Source: Acidimicrobiia bacterium (GTDB taxonomy: Bacteria > Actinomycetota > Acidimicrobiia > Spongiisociales > UBA11373). From it: a stretch of 64,000 bases of DNA. Of the stretch, positions 39,676 to 47,892 are shown in pieces. Every line of letters starts with the position of its first letter. The first letter of the stretch is position 1. A model generated the notes under the pieces. The model saw only the letters and a list, made by a program, of their open reading frames with translations. It was not told the origin of the DNA and did not search any database. A program made the position numbers and the translations under genes. The DNA is taken from the NCBI GenBank assembly GCA_016215655.1, contig JACRIT010000004.1, positions 13,492-77,491 on the forward strand. Reading direction: 5' to 3'.

Positions 39676-40584
39676 CTAGTGCTCCCGGCGCGACGTCACC
39701 CACGCTCCCACGAGGATCAGCACCATGCCCACGGCGGCGATGGCATGGATCGACTCGTGGCGCACCACCACTCCGAGGATGATGGCGACCACGGGGACGA
39801 AGTAGATCGCCACCGAGCCGCGGGTGCTGCCGACACGGCCCACCAGATTGACCATGAGCACCAGGGCGAGGCCGGTACCCAGCACTCCCAGTGGAATCAT
39901 GGCGAGGGCGGAGTCCCACGCCCACGACGACCCCGGCACCTGGAACAGCCCGATGGGTGCGACCACGGCGATGGCGACGAGCTGGGCTCGCAGCAGCACC
40001 GGGGCTGCTCCGTAGCGCTGCTGGAGAGGTACCGCCATGTTCCCGGACAACCCGTACATGGCGACGGCGAGGACGATGAGGCTCGTGCCGAACACGGTGG
40101 CGCTCGAATCGCCGAGTTCGGGGAGGAAGATCAAGACCATTCCCGTGAACCCGATGGCGATTCCCGCCAACTGGCGGCGGCCGGGCAGCCGGCGCATGAG
40201 GATGGTGGCCCAGACCGCGGTGGTGATGGGAACCGCGCCATTGATCATTCCCGCCACCGATGAGTCGATCCACTGCTGCGCTATGGGAAACAGCGAGAGC
40301 GGGATCGCCATCCAGATGATCCCGAGGGCGGCCACCCGGGTCCGATCCACCGGGTCGATGGGTCGGCGCGCCGCCGGCACGAGGGCAAGGGCACCGGCGC
40401 CGAGGACGAGGCGGGCCAGGGTCACAACCCCGGGTTTGAAGGCGTCGAGGCCGATGGCCATGAACAGGAACGACGATCCCCAGATCAGTGCGATGCCTCC
40501 GAGGAGGCCCCAGTCGGCGAGCGTGAAGGCGTCCTTGTGGGTGCCGTGAGCGGTCAGTGCAGAGGCGGCTCGAGTCGTGGTCAT
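39676..40584 (-). CDS. DMT superfamily (EamA-like) transporter
   Basis: 10-TM protein with two EamA domains; internal ATG (MTTTRAAS...) chosen. Confidence 0.7.
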   Translation of the reverse strand: MTTTRAASALTAHGTHKDAFTLADWGLLGGIALIWGSSFLFMAIGLDAFKPGVVTLARLVLGAGALALVPAARRPIDPVDRTRVAALGIIWMAIPLSLFPIAQQWIDSSVAGMINGAVPITTAVWATILMRRLPGRRQLAGIAIGFTGMVLIFLPELGDSSATVFGTSLIVLAVAMYGLSGNMAVPLQQRYGAAPVLLRAQLVAIAVVAPIGLFQVPGSSWAWDSALAMIPLGVLGTGLALVLMVNLVGRVGSTRGSVAIYFVPVVAIILGVVVRHESIHAIAAVGMVLILVGAWVTSRREH

Positions 40585-40622
40585 GCCGGGTACCAACCCC
40601 GCTCCGGGCTCCGGGGTTGCAC

Positions 40623-41102
40623 TCACGTGGGGGTGCCGGAATGCGGGGCAAGGGCTTCGGCGAGCGTGGTCCAGGCCAGGTCGGCGCACTTGACCCGTAC
40701 GGGGAAGCGGCGCACTCCAGCGAGGGACTCGATGTCGCCCAGCACCGCTCCCGGGCGCTCCGGGTCGAGTCCCGGGTCGCCTTCTTCGATGTCGAGGAGG
40801 CGCTTCACCTGATGGGTGAGCGCGTCGATCTCGGCGAGCGTCTTCCCCACGATGCGGTCGGCCATCATCGAGGCCGAGGCCTGGCTGATCGAGCATCCCC
40901 GTCCGGTGATGGCGACGTCGATCACCCGACCGTCGCGCAGCGCCAGGTCCAGGGCGATCTCGTCGCCGCACAACGGGTTGTTGCCATCGGCGTGGGCATC
41001 GGGCGCGGCGAGGCTGCCCGAGCGCCGCGGGTTGCGGTAATGATCGAGAATCACCTGGCGGTAGAGCTCGTCAAGCGACACCGAACAGCCTCCGAGCCTC
41101 AT
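40623..41102 (-). CDS. sufU: SufU / NifU-like Fe-S scaffold (zinc-dependent sulfurtransferase)
   Basis: VILDHYRNPR...CGDE...GCSISQAS...RVKCA conserved cysteines; alternative GTG start at 41081. Confidence 0.8.
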   Translation of the reverse strand: MRLGGCSVSLDELYRQVILDHYRNPRRSGSLAAPDAHADGNNPLCGDEIALDLALRDGRVIDVAITGRGCSISQASASMMADRIVGKTLAEIDALTHQVKRLLDIEEGDPGLDPERPGAVLGDIESLAGVRRFPVRVKCADLAWTTLAEALAPHSGTPT

Positions 41103-42300
41103 GGAGTGCAGCGACGAGCACGTCGACCTCGCCCGGCACGTTGTAGAGATAGAACGACGCCCGGGCGGTGGCCGGGACGTCGAGCACCCGCATGAGGGGC
41201 TTGGCGCAATGGTGCCCGGCGCGCACCGCGACCCCGGATTGATCGAGGATGGTCGCCAGATCGTGGGGGTGGATGTCGGCAAGGGTGAACGACACGGCAC
41301 CGCCGCGCTGGGCGGTGTCGTCGGGTCCATACACGGTGAGGTCGGGGATCTCCGCAAGCCGGTCGAGGGCATACCGGGTGATCTCACGCTCGTGGTCGCG
41401 GACCCGATCCATGCCCACGGCCTCCAGGTAATCGACCGCGGCGCCGAACCCCACCGCTTCGGCGATGGGCGGGGTCCCTGCCTCGAACTTGTGCGGGAGA
41501 TCGGCCCAGGTGGAGGAGTGGAGCTGGACGTCACGGATCATCTCACCGCCGCCCTCGGCGGGTTCCATCTCCTCGAACCGATCGCGACGACCCCACAGCG
41601 CTCCGACGCCGGTGGGACCAAGCATCTTGTGGGCGCTGAAGGCGAGGAAGTCGGCACCGATGGCTCGAACATCGGTGGGGTGATGGGGGACCAACTGGGC
41701 AGCATCGATCACGGAGATCGCACCGACCGCGCGCGCCGCCGCCACGGCTTCGGCGAGCGGGCCGATCGTGCCGAGGACGTTCGACATGCCCGAGAAGGCA
41801 ACGATCTTGACGCGAGAGTCGATGACATCGCCGATGGCGCCCACATCGACGCGGAAGTCGGCGGTCAATGGCAGGTACGTCAGTTCGGCACCGGTCACCC
41901 GGGCGACCAGCTGCCAGGGCACGATGTTGGCGTGATGTTCCATCGTCGTGAGGGCGATGCGGTCACCGGGTTGGAGGTGGTGCAGCCCCCAGCCATAGGC
42001 GACGGCATTGATCGCCGACGTGGTACCCCGGGTGAAGACGACCTCTTCGGGCGCCGCCGCATTGATGAAGCGGGCCACGCGGCGGCGGGCCCCCTCGTAG
42101 AGCTCGGTCGCCTCCTCGGCCATGGTGTAGGCCCCGCGGTGCACATTGGCGTTGTGATGGCGGTAGTAGTCGTCCATGGCATCGAGGACTTGAACCGGCT
42201 TCTGGGTGGTGGCGGCGCTGTCGAGGTAGACGAGCGGCTTGCCATGCACCTGCCGGTCCAGGATGGGGAAGTCGGCGCGGAGGTGGGAGAGATCTAGCAC
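41071..42300 (-). CDS. sufS: cysteine desulfurase SufS
   Basis: ADFPIL N-terminus, PLP lysine SAHKMLGPTG, active-site HHCAKPL; GTG start chosen; the track ORF extends to 42462. Confidence 0.85.
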   Translation of the reverse strand: MLDLSHLRADFPILDRQVHGKPLVYLDSAATTQKPVQVLDAMDDYYRHHNANVHRGAYTMAEEATELYEGARRRVARFINAAAPEEVVFTRGTTSAINAVAYGWGLHHLQPGDRIALTTMEHHANIVPWQLVARVTGAELTYLPLTADFRVDVGAIGDVIDSRVKIVAFSGMSNVLGTIGPLAEAVAAARAVGAISVIDAAQLVPHHPTDVRAIGADFLAFSAHKMLGPTGVGALWGRRDRFEEMEPAEGGGEMIRDVQLHSSTWADLPHKFEAGTPPIAEAVGFGAAVDYLEAVGMDRVRDHEREITRYALDRLAEIPDLTVYGPDDTAQRGGAVSFTLADIHPHDLATILDQSGVAVRAGHHCAKPLMRVLDVPATARASFYLYNVPGEVDVLVAALHEARRLFGVA

Positions 42301-42349
42301 GGCCCCAGCCCCCAGTCCCCGGTCCCCAGTCCGGGGGGGTGAAGCCTCA
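42301..42349. repeat. heptamer array (CCCCAGT/CCCCGGT, about 3 units) in the sufC-sufS intergenic spacer
   Basis: ccccagtccccggtccccagtcc lies between two genes of the same operon. Confidence 0.55.
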
Positions 42350-43105
42350 TCACGATCCCGAACCGCCGCGAAAGGAGTCGTAGCCTTCGAGTTCGATCCT
42401 GCGGGCGAGTTCGGGGCCAGCGGTATCGACGATGCGGCCGTCCACGAACACGTGCACGACATCGGGGGTGATGTGCTCGAGCAGGCGCTGATAGTGCGTG
42501 ATCACGAGGAACCCTCGATCCGGTGACTGCAGGCGCTCGACGCCCTCCGCCACGACCCGTAGGGCGTCGACATCGAGACCGGAGTCGGTCTCGTCCATGA
42601 TCACCATCTCCGGCTCGAGCACCGCCATCTGCAGCACCTCGTTGCGCTTGCGTTCGCCGCCCGAGAAGCCCTCATTGAGGTAGCGGTCGGCGAACCCGGA
42701 GTCCATGCCGAGGGCGCGCATCGTGTCGGCGACCTTGAGGCGCAACTCCAGGACCGTGTACTCCGTCCCGGTGCGGTTCGACAATGCCGCCCGGAGGAAG
42801 TTGACCACCGTGACTCCCGGTATCTCCTCGGGATACTGGAAGGCGAGGAACATGCCGGCCCGGCCGCGGGCATCGGCGGTCCAGTGGGTGGCATCTTCGC
42901 CCTTATAGCGGATCGCCCCGCGGGTGACCTCGTAGCCGGGATGTCCCATGAGGACGTTGCCGAGGGTCGACTTCCCCGACCCGTTGGGGCCCATGAGGGC
43001 GTGGGTTTCGCCCCGTCCGATCTCCAACGACACGCCGCGGAGGATGGGGACGCCACCCGCAGAGGCATGGAGGTCGTCGATCACGAGGAGAGGGGAGTCG
43101 GCCAT
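42350..43105 (-). CDS. sufC: Fe-S cluster assembly ATPase SufC (canonical paralog 2)
   Basis: GPNGSGKST, FSGGERKR, IMDETDSGLD, ITHY; the longer track ORF to 43978 is read-through of the repeat region. Confidence 0.85.
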   Translation of the reverse strand: MADSPLLVIDDLHASAGGVPILRGVSLEIGRGETHALMGPNGSGKSTLGNVLMGHPGYEVTRGAIRYKGEDATHWTADARGRAGMFLAFQYPEEIPGVTVVNFLRAALSNRTGTEYTVLELRLKVADTMRALGMDSGFADRYLNEGFSGGERKRNEVLQMAVLEPEMVIMDETDSGLDVDALRVVAEGVERLQSPDRGFLVITHYQRLLEHITPDVVHVFVDGRIVDTAGPELARRIELEGYDSFRGGSGS

Positions 43106-43359
43106 CGGGGTTGGAGGATACGGGTGGGTTGGTCGGTAGCCAAGGTCGGCCGCCTGGGGGCGGCCTCCCGCAATGTGCAACTCGTCAGTCCCGGTCCTCG
43201 CGCTGGATCGGGTCGTATGGCTCGGGATCTGGGACCGACAGTGGTTCTCGGCGCAATTCGTCAAACGTGCGCTGGCTCCCGGACGCGTCTCACGAATTGC
43301 GAATTGCGCTCCCGGGATTGACGAGCTGCGGATCTGGCGTCTCGCCTGTCCGCTCACCC
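43106..43359. repeat. structured repeat 'M' (GAATTGC-box core plus GAATTGC units)
   Basis: Aligns with K (direct orientation) and with the reverse complement of J. Confidence 0.65.
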
Positions 43360-44292
43360 CTATCCGCGCAGAAGCCCAAACGTCTCCTCGAGCATCTCGG
43401 TCTCGAAGCCTCCGAACCTCTGCACATAGAGCCGGTTCATTCCGAGCGCCTCGAGTTCGGCGAGCCGGTGGCGCGCTTCTGCGGCGGTGCCGATCGGGAA
43501 TCCCCGTTCCCGGTGATGGGCCTCGATCTCGTCCGCTGTGGAGTTCCACGGGTCGCCGGAGGCTTCGCGGGCGAGGTTGCGCTCGAAGTCCGCCCGGGTG
43601 GCCCCGATGATGACGTCGCACATCACACTGAAGCGGAGGGCACTCGGGTCTCGCCCGGCACGTTCCGCCGACTCGCGGGCGCGGGCGATGCGGAGCGGGA
43701 TGTCGCTGTCGGGCCTCAGGGTGATGTTGTACTCGTCGCCGTAGATCCCGGCGAGGCGGGGGGTGCGGCGATCCCCCGCTCCTCCGACGATGATGCGAAG
43801 GTTCGGCGCCTGGGGCTCCACCGCCGCGGCGTCGAGGGTGTAGTGGGTGCCGCGGAAGGCGCCCCCCGTGCGCCCCAGGGCATGGGAGAGGTACCCCAAC
43901 GCCTCTTCGAGACGGGAGAATCGTTCGGGGAGCTCGGGGAAGGGGATTCCGAACCGGGCGTGCTCGTGCTCGTTCCATCCGGTGCCGATGCCGAGGACGA
44001 AGCGTCCCATCGACATCTCATCGAGCGTCGCGGCCACCTTGGCGATCACTGCCGGATGCCGGAAGGTGATGGGGGTGACGAGCACCACGAGTTCGACGCG
44101 CGAGGTCTCCCGGGCCAACCCGGCGAGGGTGGCAAAGGCGTCGAGCGTGTGCAGGCCGGGCAGGCGCGCGGTGGCGTAATGGTCGGATCGGGCGAACGCC
44201 GCCAACCCGGTGCGGTCGGCAAACCGGGCGAGATCGAGCATGGTCCGATAGGTCATCCCGAGGTGCGGTTCGGTCATGAGGGCGAGCTGCAT
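43360..44292 (-). CDS. LLM-class flavin / F420-dependent oxidoreductase
   Basis: Luciferase-like TIM-barrel motifs. Confidence 0.7.
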   Translation of the reverse strand: MQLALMTEPHLGMTYRTMLDLARFADRTGLAAFARSDHYATARLPGLHTLDAFATLAGLARETSRVELVVLVTPITFRHPAVIAKVAATLDEMSMGRFVLGIGTGWNEHEHARFGIPFPELPERFSRLEEALGYLSHALGRTGGAFRGTHYTLDAAAVEPQAPNLRIIVGGAGDRRTPRLAGIYGDEYNITLRPDSDIPLRIARARESAERAGRDPSALRFSVMCDVIIGATRADFERNLAREASGDPWNSTADEIEAHHRERGFPIGTAAEARHRLAELEALGMNRLYVQRFGGFETEMLEETFGLLRG

Positions 44293-44447
44293 GAAATCCT
44301 TCCCGGTGGGAGGTCGGGGACACTGTGGCAGACGGCCGAGCCACCTGTCTCCTGCCGGCGCACGCCCGTGGGGTTGGTGACATCCCGCGCCTTGGCTCGC
44401 GAACCGGTGGATATCCCGGGGCGCGGGTTCACTAGCCTGTCGCCTTC

Positions 44448-45638
44448 ATGGAACTCCCCGGCTCCACGGGCGCCGCTCCGACGAACCTGATCTTCAGCGA
44501 GGAGCAGGTGATGCTCCGCGACACCGCCCGGCGCTTCCTCGAAGCCAAGACGCCCTCCACGGAGGTCCGCCGGCTCATGGAGACCGACGAGGGCTTCGAT
44601 GCCGGACTGTGGTCCGAGATCGCCCAACAGGGCTGGCAGGCGATGGCCATTCCCGAGGTCTACGGCGGCGCCGGGTTCTCCGTGATCGAGCAGGGGATCC
44701 TCATGGAGGAGATGGGTCGGTCGCTCTTCCCGGCTCCGTTCCTCTCCACGGTCGTGCTCGGAGCCGACCTCATCGTCCACGCCGGCACCGAGTCGCAGAA
44801 AAAGGATCTCCTCCCCGAGGTGGCCTCCGGAGCGCGCCGGGTGGCGTTGGCACAACTCGAGCCCCGCGGCGGGTGGGATGCCTCCGGCGTCACGATGGCC
44901 GCCCGTCGCGTCGGCGACGACCTCGTCATCACCGGCACCAAGTCGTTCGTCCTCGACGGCCATACCGCCGACACCCTGCTCGTGGCAGTCCGCACCGAGC
45001 CGGGTGCGACGGGAGTGGATGGCATCAGCCTCGTCGTGGTCGATGCCACCGCCCCGGGCGTGACCCGGCGCCGGCTGGAGACGATGGACATGACCCGCAA
45101 GCAGGCCGAGATCCAATTCGACGGCGTGCGAGTACCGGTGACGGCCATCCTTGGTGACTCCGGATCGGGCTGGCGGGCGATCGCCGACACGATGACCCGG
45201 GCGGTCGTCGCCCTGGCCTTCGAACAGGTCGGGGGTGCCCAGCGGTGCCTGGAGATGGCCGTCGAGTACGCCAAGGTCCGGGTGCAGTTCGGACGTCCGA
45301 TCGGATCGTTCCAGGCGATCAAGCACAAATGTGCCGACATGCTGGTGCTCGTCGAGTCGGCGAAGTCGGCGGCCTATCACGCCGCATGGGCGGTGGCGGC
45401 GGGCGACCCCGAGGCGGCGATCGCGGCCCCGCTGGCCAAGTCGTATTGCTCCGAGGCCTACTTCCACTGCGCCGCGGAGAACATCCAGATCCACGGCGGC
45501 ATCGGGTTCACGTGGGAGCACGACGCCCACCTCTATTTCAAGCGAGCCAAGACGGATGAGCTGCTGTTCGGTTCTCCTGCCGAGCACCGGGCGATGCTGG
45601 CAGAGGCTCTCGGGTTCGGAGCGAAGCCGAAGGGTTGA
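44448..45638 (+). CDS. acyl-CoA dehydrogenase
   Basis: ACAD N-terminal, middle and C-terminal domains, including the catalytic-base region YAKVRVQFGRPIGSFQAIKHK. Confidence 0.85.
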   Translation: MELPGSTGAAPTNLIFSEEQVMLRDTARRFLEAKTPSTEVRRLMETDEGFDAGLWSEIAQQGWQAMAIPEVYGGAGFSVIEQGILMEEMGRSLFPAPFLSTVVLGADLIVHAGTESQKKDLLPEVASGARRVALAQLEPRGGWDASGVTMAARRVGDDLVITGTKSFVLDGHTADTLLVAVRTEPGATGVDGISLVVVDATAPGVTRRRLETMDMTRKQAEIQFDGVRVPVTAILGDSGSGWRAIADTMTRAVVALAFEQVGGAQRCLEMAVEYAKVRVQFGRPIGSFQAIKHKCADMLVLVESAKSAAYHAAWAVAAGDPEAAIAAPLAKSYCSEAYFHCAAENIQIHGGIGFTWEHDAHLYFKRAKTDELLFGSPAEHRAMLAEALGFGAKPKG

Positions 45639-45644
45639 TCGGGA

Positions 45645-45705
45645 CTGCCGCGAGCAGCTTGCGGCCGGTGTGACCTTCCGCGGGACTGCGAGCTGCTCGC
45701 CCCTC
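45645..45705. repeat. GC-rich hairpin with duplicated GGGACTGC motif (related to the GAATTGC-box core)
   Basis: Inverted repeat ccgcgagcagc ... gctgctcgc sits between two direct gggactgc copies. Confidence 0.4.
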
Positions 45706-45730
45706 TCTCGGAGCTCCGGAACTCTGCGAC

Positions 45731-46360
45731 CTAGCCCGCCGGCGTCATGGCCACCAGCGTTGCCGCGATCTCGGTGATCGTCTCCGGCGGCAGTTCACCA
45801 GACGTCCTGCCCGCCACCAAGCCGTCTGGGCTCACGAACACCCAGAAGGGGAAGGCGTCCAGACCGAAGGCGGAGCCGACCGAGTACGAGGTGTCATCCA
45901 CGATCGTGGGGACATTCCAATCCTCGCCCGCGAGCCACTCCGACGGAGGGAAGTTCACCCGCGTCGAGGAGGTCGACGTGGCGACGGCGATGAGATCGAG
46001 GCCCTCGGGAAGGTTCCCCGCCTCGACCCAATCTTGCACCACCGGCACTTCTGCCTGGCAGTGGGAACACCAGTGGGCGAGGAAGATGATGATCTTGGGT
46101 CGCCCGTCGTGGGCGATGCGCACCTCGGTGCCGTCGAAGTCGGCACCGACCACTTCGGGGATGACGAAGCCCAGCGCAGGATCCGTGCCGGTGGTGGCGG
46201 GAGGCAGCGCGGTCCCCGTGACCTCGGGAGTGCCGAACTCGCCTTCCTCGCTGACCCCCTCCTTGTCCATGGTGAGGATGACCGTGGCGATGAGCGCTAT
46301 GGCGCCGATGCCGATCAATACGGGGAGGAGCGGGAACTTCCGGGGCGCCTGCGTGGTCAT
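45731..46360 (-). CDS. TlpA/ResA-like thiol-disulfide oxidoreductase (thioredoxin fold)
   Basis: N-terminal TM anchor and CxxC motif WCSHC. Confidence 0.75.
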   Translation of the reverse strand: MTTQAPRKFPLLPVLIGIGAIALIATVILTMDKEGVSEEGEFGTPEVTGTALPPATTGTDPALGFVIPEVVGADFDGTEVRIAHDGRPKIIIFLAHWCSHCQAEVPVVQDWVEAGNLPEGLDLIAVATSTSSTRVNFPPSEWLAGEDWNVPTIVDDTSYSVGSAFGLDAFPFWVFVSPDGLVAGRTSGELPPETITEIAATLVAMTPAG

Positions 46361-46953
46361 GGTGTCGGGTCCTCCGAGGGGTGTACGGCGGCGTCGGGGG
46401 CATCGGCCGACGGCTCCACGCCGCGGTCGAGCAGGAGCACGGTCACGATCACTGCAAAGCAGACGAATGCCATGAAGGCGATCGACACCAGATCGAACTT
46501 CCAGACCCACACCTGGCTGCAGGGGATCTGGAGACTGCACTCACCCACCTGGAGATCGGGGAACCGTTCCACGGCGTAGTGGTACATCGAGATGATCCCC
46601 CCGGGAACCGCCAAGGCGAGAACGTACCGGCGGATGGCGTAGTCGCGTCGCACCATGGCGATGCCGAGGATCACCACCAGGGGGTACATGGCGATGCGCT
46701 GGTACCAGCAGTACTCGCAGGGCGGGAACCCGGCCACCTCCGAGTAGTAGAGGCTGCCCAGCATGGCAATCGTCGCCATGCCCCAGGCGAGGCGCAGACC
46801 CTGTCCCGCCACCGAGAGCCGGATCGACGCGAAGAGTCTTGCGGCTCGACTCGAGGCGAGGGCGACGAGACGCACCACCCACACCGCGACCACGCAGGCC
46901 AGCAGCATCAAGGCCCCGACCGCGAGGAAGGTGGAGACGGTGTCGATCGTCAT
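46357..46953 (-). CDS. DsbB/BdbC-like disulfide bond formation protein
   Basis: 4-TM protein with PPCEYCWYQR motif (DsbB PCxLCxYQR); stop overlaps the tlpA start (ATGA). Confidence 0.6.
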   Translation of the reverse strand: MTIDTVSTFLAVGALMLLACVVAVWVVRLVALASSRAARLFASIRLSVAGQGLRLAWGMATIAMLGSLYYSEVAGFPPCEYCWYQRIAMYPLVVILGIAMVRRDYAIRRYVLALAVPGGIISMYHYAVERFPDLQVGECSLQIPCSQVWVWKFDLVSIAFMAFVCFAVIVTVLLLDRGVEPSADAPDAAVHPSEDPTP

Positions 46954-47203
46954 CGGCGGGATGCAGGGTACCGTGGGCGGCGAGGAGGTATCTTCACCTC
47001 GTGCTCGTGCATTCGGGCCAGCGGGTCGAAATCGGAGGGTGGTATCTCGACGCCCACCGCCACCCGGTGTTCTTGCGCAGCGGCGACCCGGCTCCCATCT
47101 GTCCTCGATTCGGGCCATCGGCGGTGATGTGGCGGTTGGTGATCCCGCTTCCCCTTCCCACCCCGCGGCGATAACGGCCCCTGCCCGCAGGTACCATCCC
47201 GGC

Positions 47204-47620
47204 ATGAGCGCATTGGCCGGGGGACTGTTGTTGGCCGCCGTCCTGGTGGCGATCGTTGCGGCCTTCCTGTGGCAGGGCGGGCGCCGCTTTCGGGACGGCG
47301 GAGCCGTCATCTACGCCCTCGATGATGCGAGTCGCTTCGTCCACGGGCGTCTCGATCCGGCGACCCGGGACCGAGTGACGCCTGGCCAGGTGCGACGGGT
47401 GCTCGAATGGCAGATCGAGTACCAGCAGGTGGTGGCACCACGAGCCGGGCTGCGTCCCGTCATCGGTGGTGGTGACGCGATGGAGCACATCCTCGAGCGT
47501 GCCGGGGAGCGTGGCGACACCCTCGATCCCGTGGATGTGGCCGAGATCATGGCTGCCGACGTCGAGTACCTCATGTCGATCCACGCCGTCGGGGCTCCGG
47601 CCGAGGGTGGCGTCGGATGA
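47204..47620 (+). CDS. hypothetical membrane-anchored protein
   Basis: 138 aa with an N-terminal TM segment; stop overlaps the next ORF's start. Confidence 0.4.
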   Translation: MSALAGGLLLAAVLVAIVAAFLWQGGRRFRDGGAVIYALDDASRFVHGRLDPATRDRVTPGQVRRVLEWQIEYQQVVAPRAGLRPVIGGGDAMEHILERAGERGDTLDPVDVAEIMAADVEYLMSIHAVGAPAEGGVG

Positions 47621-47892
47621 TCGTGCGGTGCGGCCGATGCCGCGCAGGGTTCGACGTGCCCGGCCCGGGTCGTCACGGTTGTCCGGCGTGCGGCACCGTC
47701 AACGAGGTCCGCGCGGCGACGGCGCCCGTGGTACCCACACCACCGCCGGTGCCGACCTACGAGCCTCCCTCCCCGCGGGTGACCTGCCCCGAGTGCGGGT
47801 TCTCCTTCATCGTCGGTGCCGTCGCCGCGGTTCCCTGCCCGAATTGCCGCAACCCCGTTACGGTGGACCACACCGAGGAGGGGCAGGCATGA
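47617..47892 (+). CDS. zinc-ribbon domain protein
   Basis: Two CxxC...CxxC pairs (CGRC...CPAC; CPEC...CPNC); translationally coupled on both sides. Confidence 0.5.
   Translation: MIVRCGRCRAGFDVPGPGRHGCPACGTVNEVRAATAPVVPTPPPVPTYEPPSPRVTCPECGFSFIVGAVAAVPCPNCRNPVTVDHTEEGQA

Noticed and set aside
42350-43978. 542-aa ORF extending sufC upstream through repeat M into the LLM gene region
   Set aside because: Only the C-terminal 251 aa (from MADSPLLVIDDLH) are SufC; the N-terminal extension is translation of the repeat element and antisense of the neighbouring gene.
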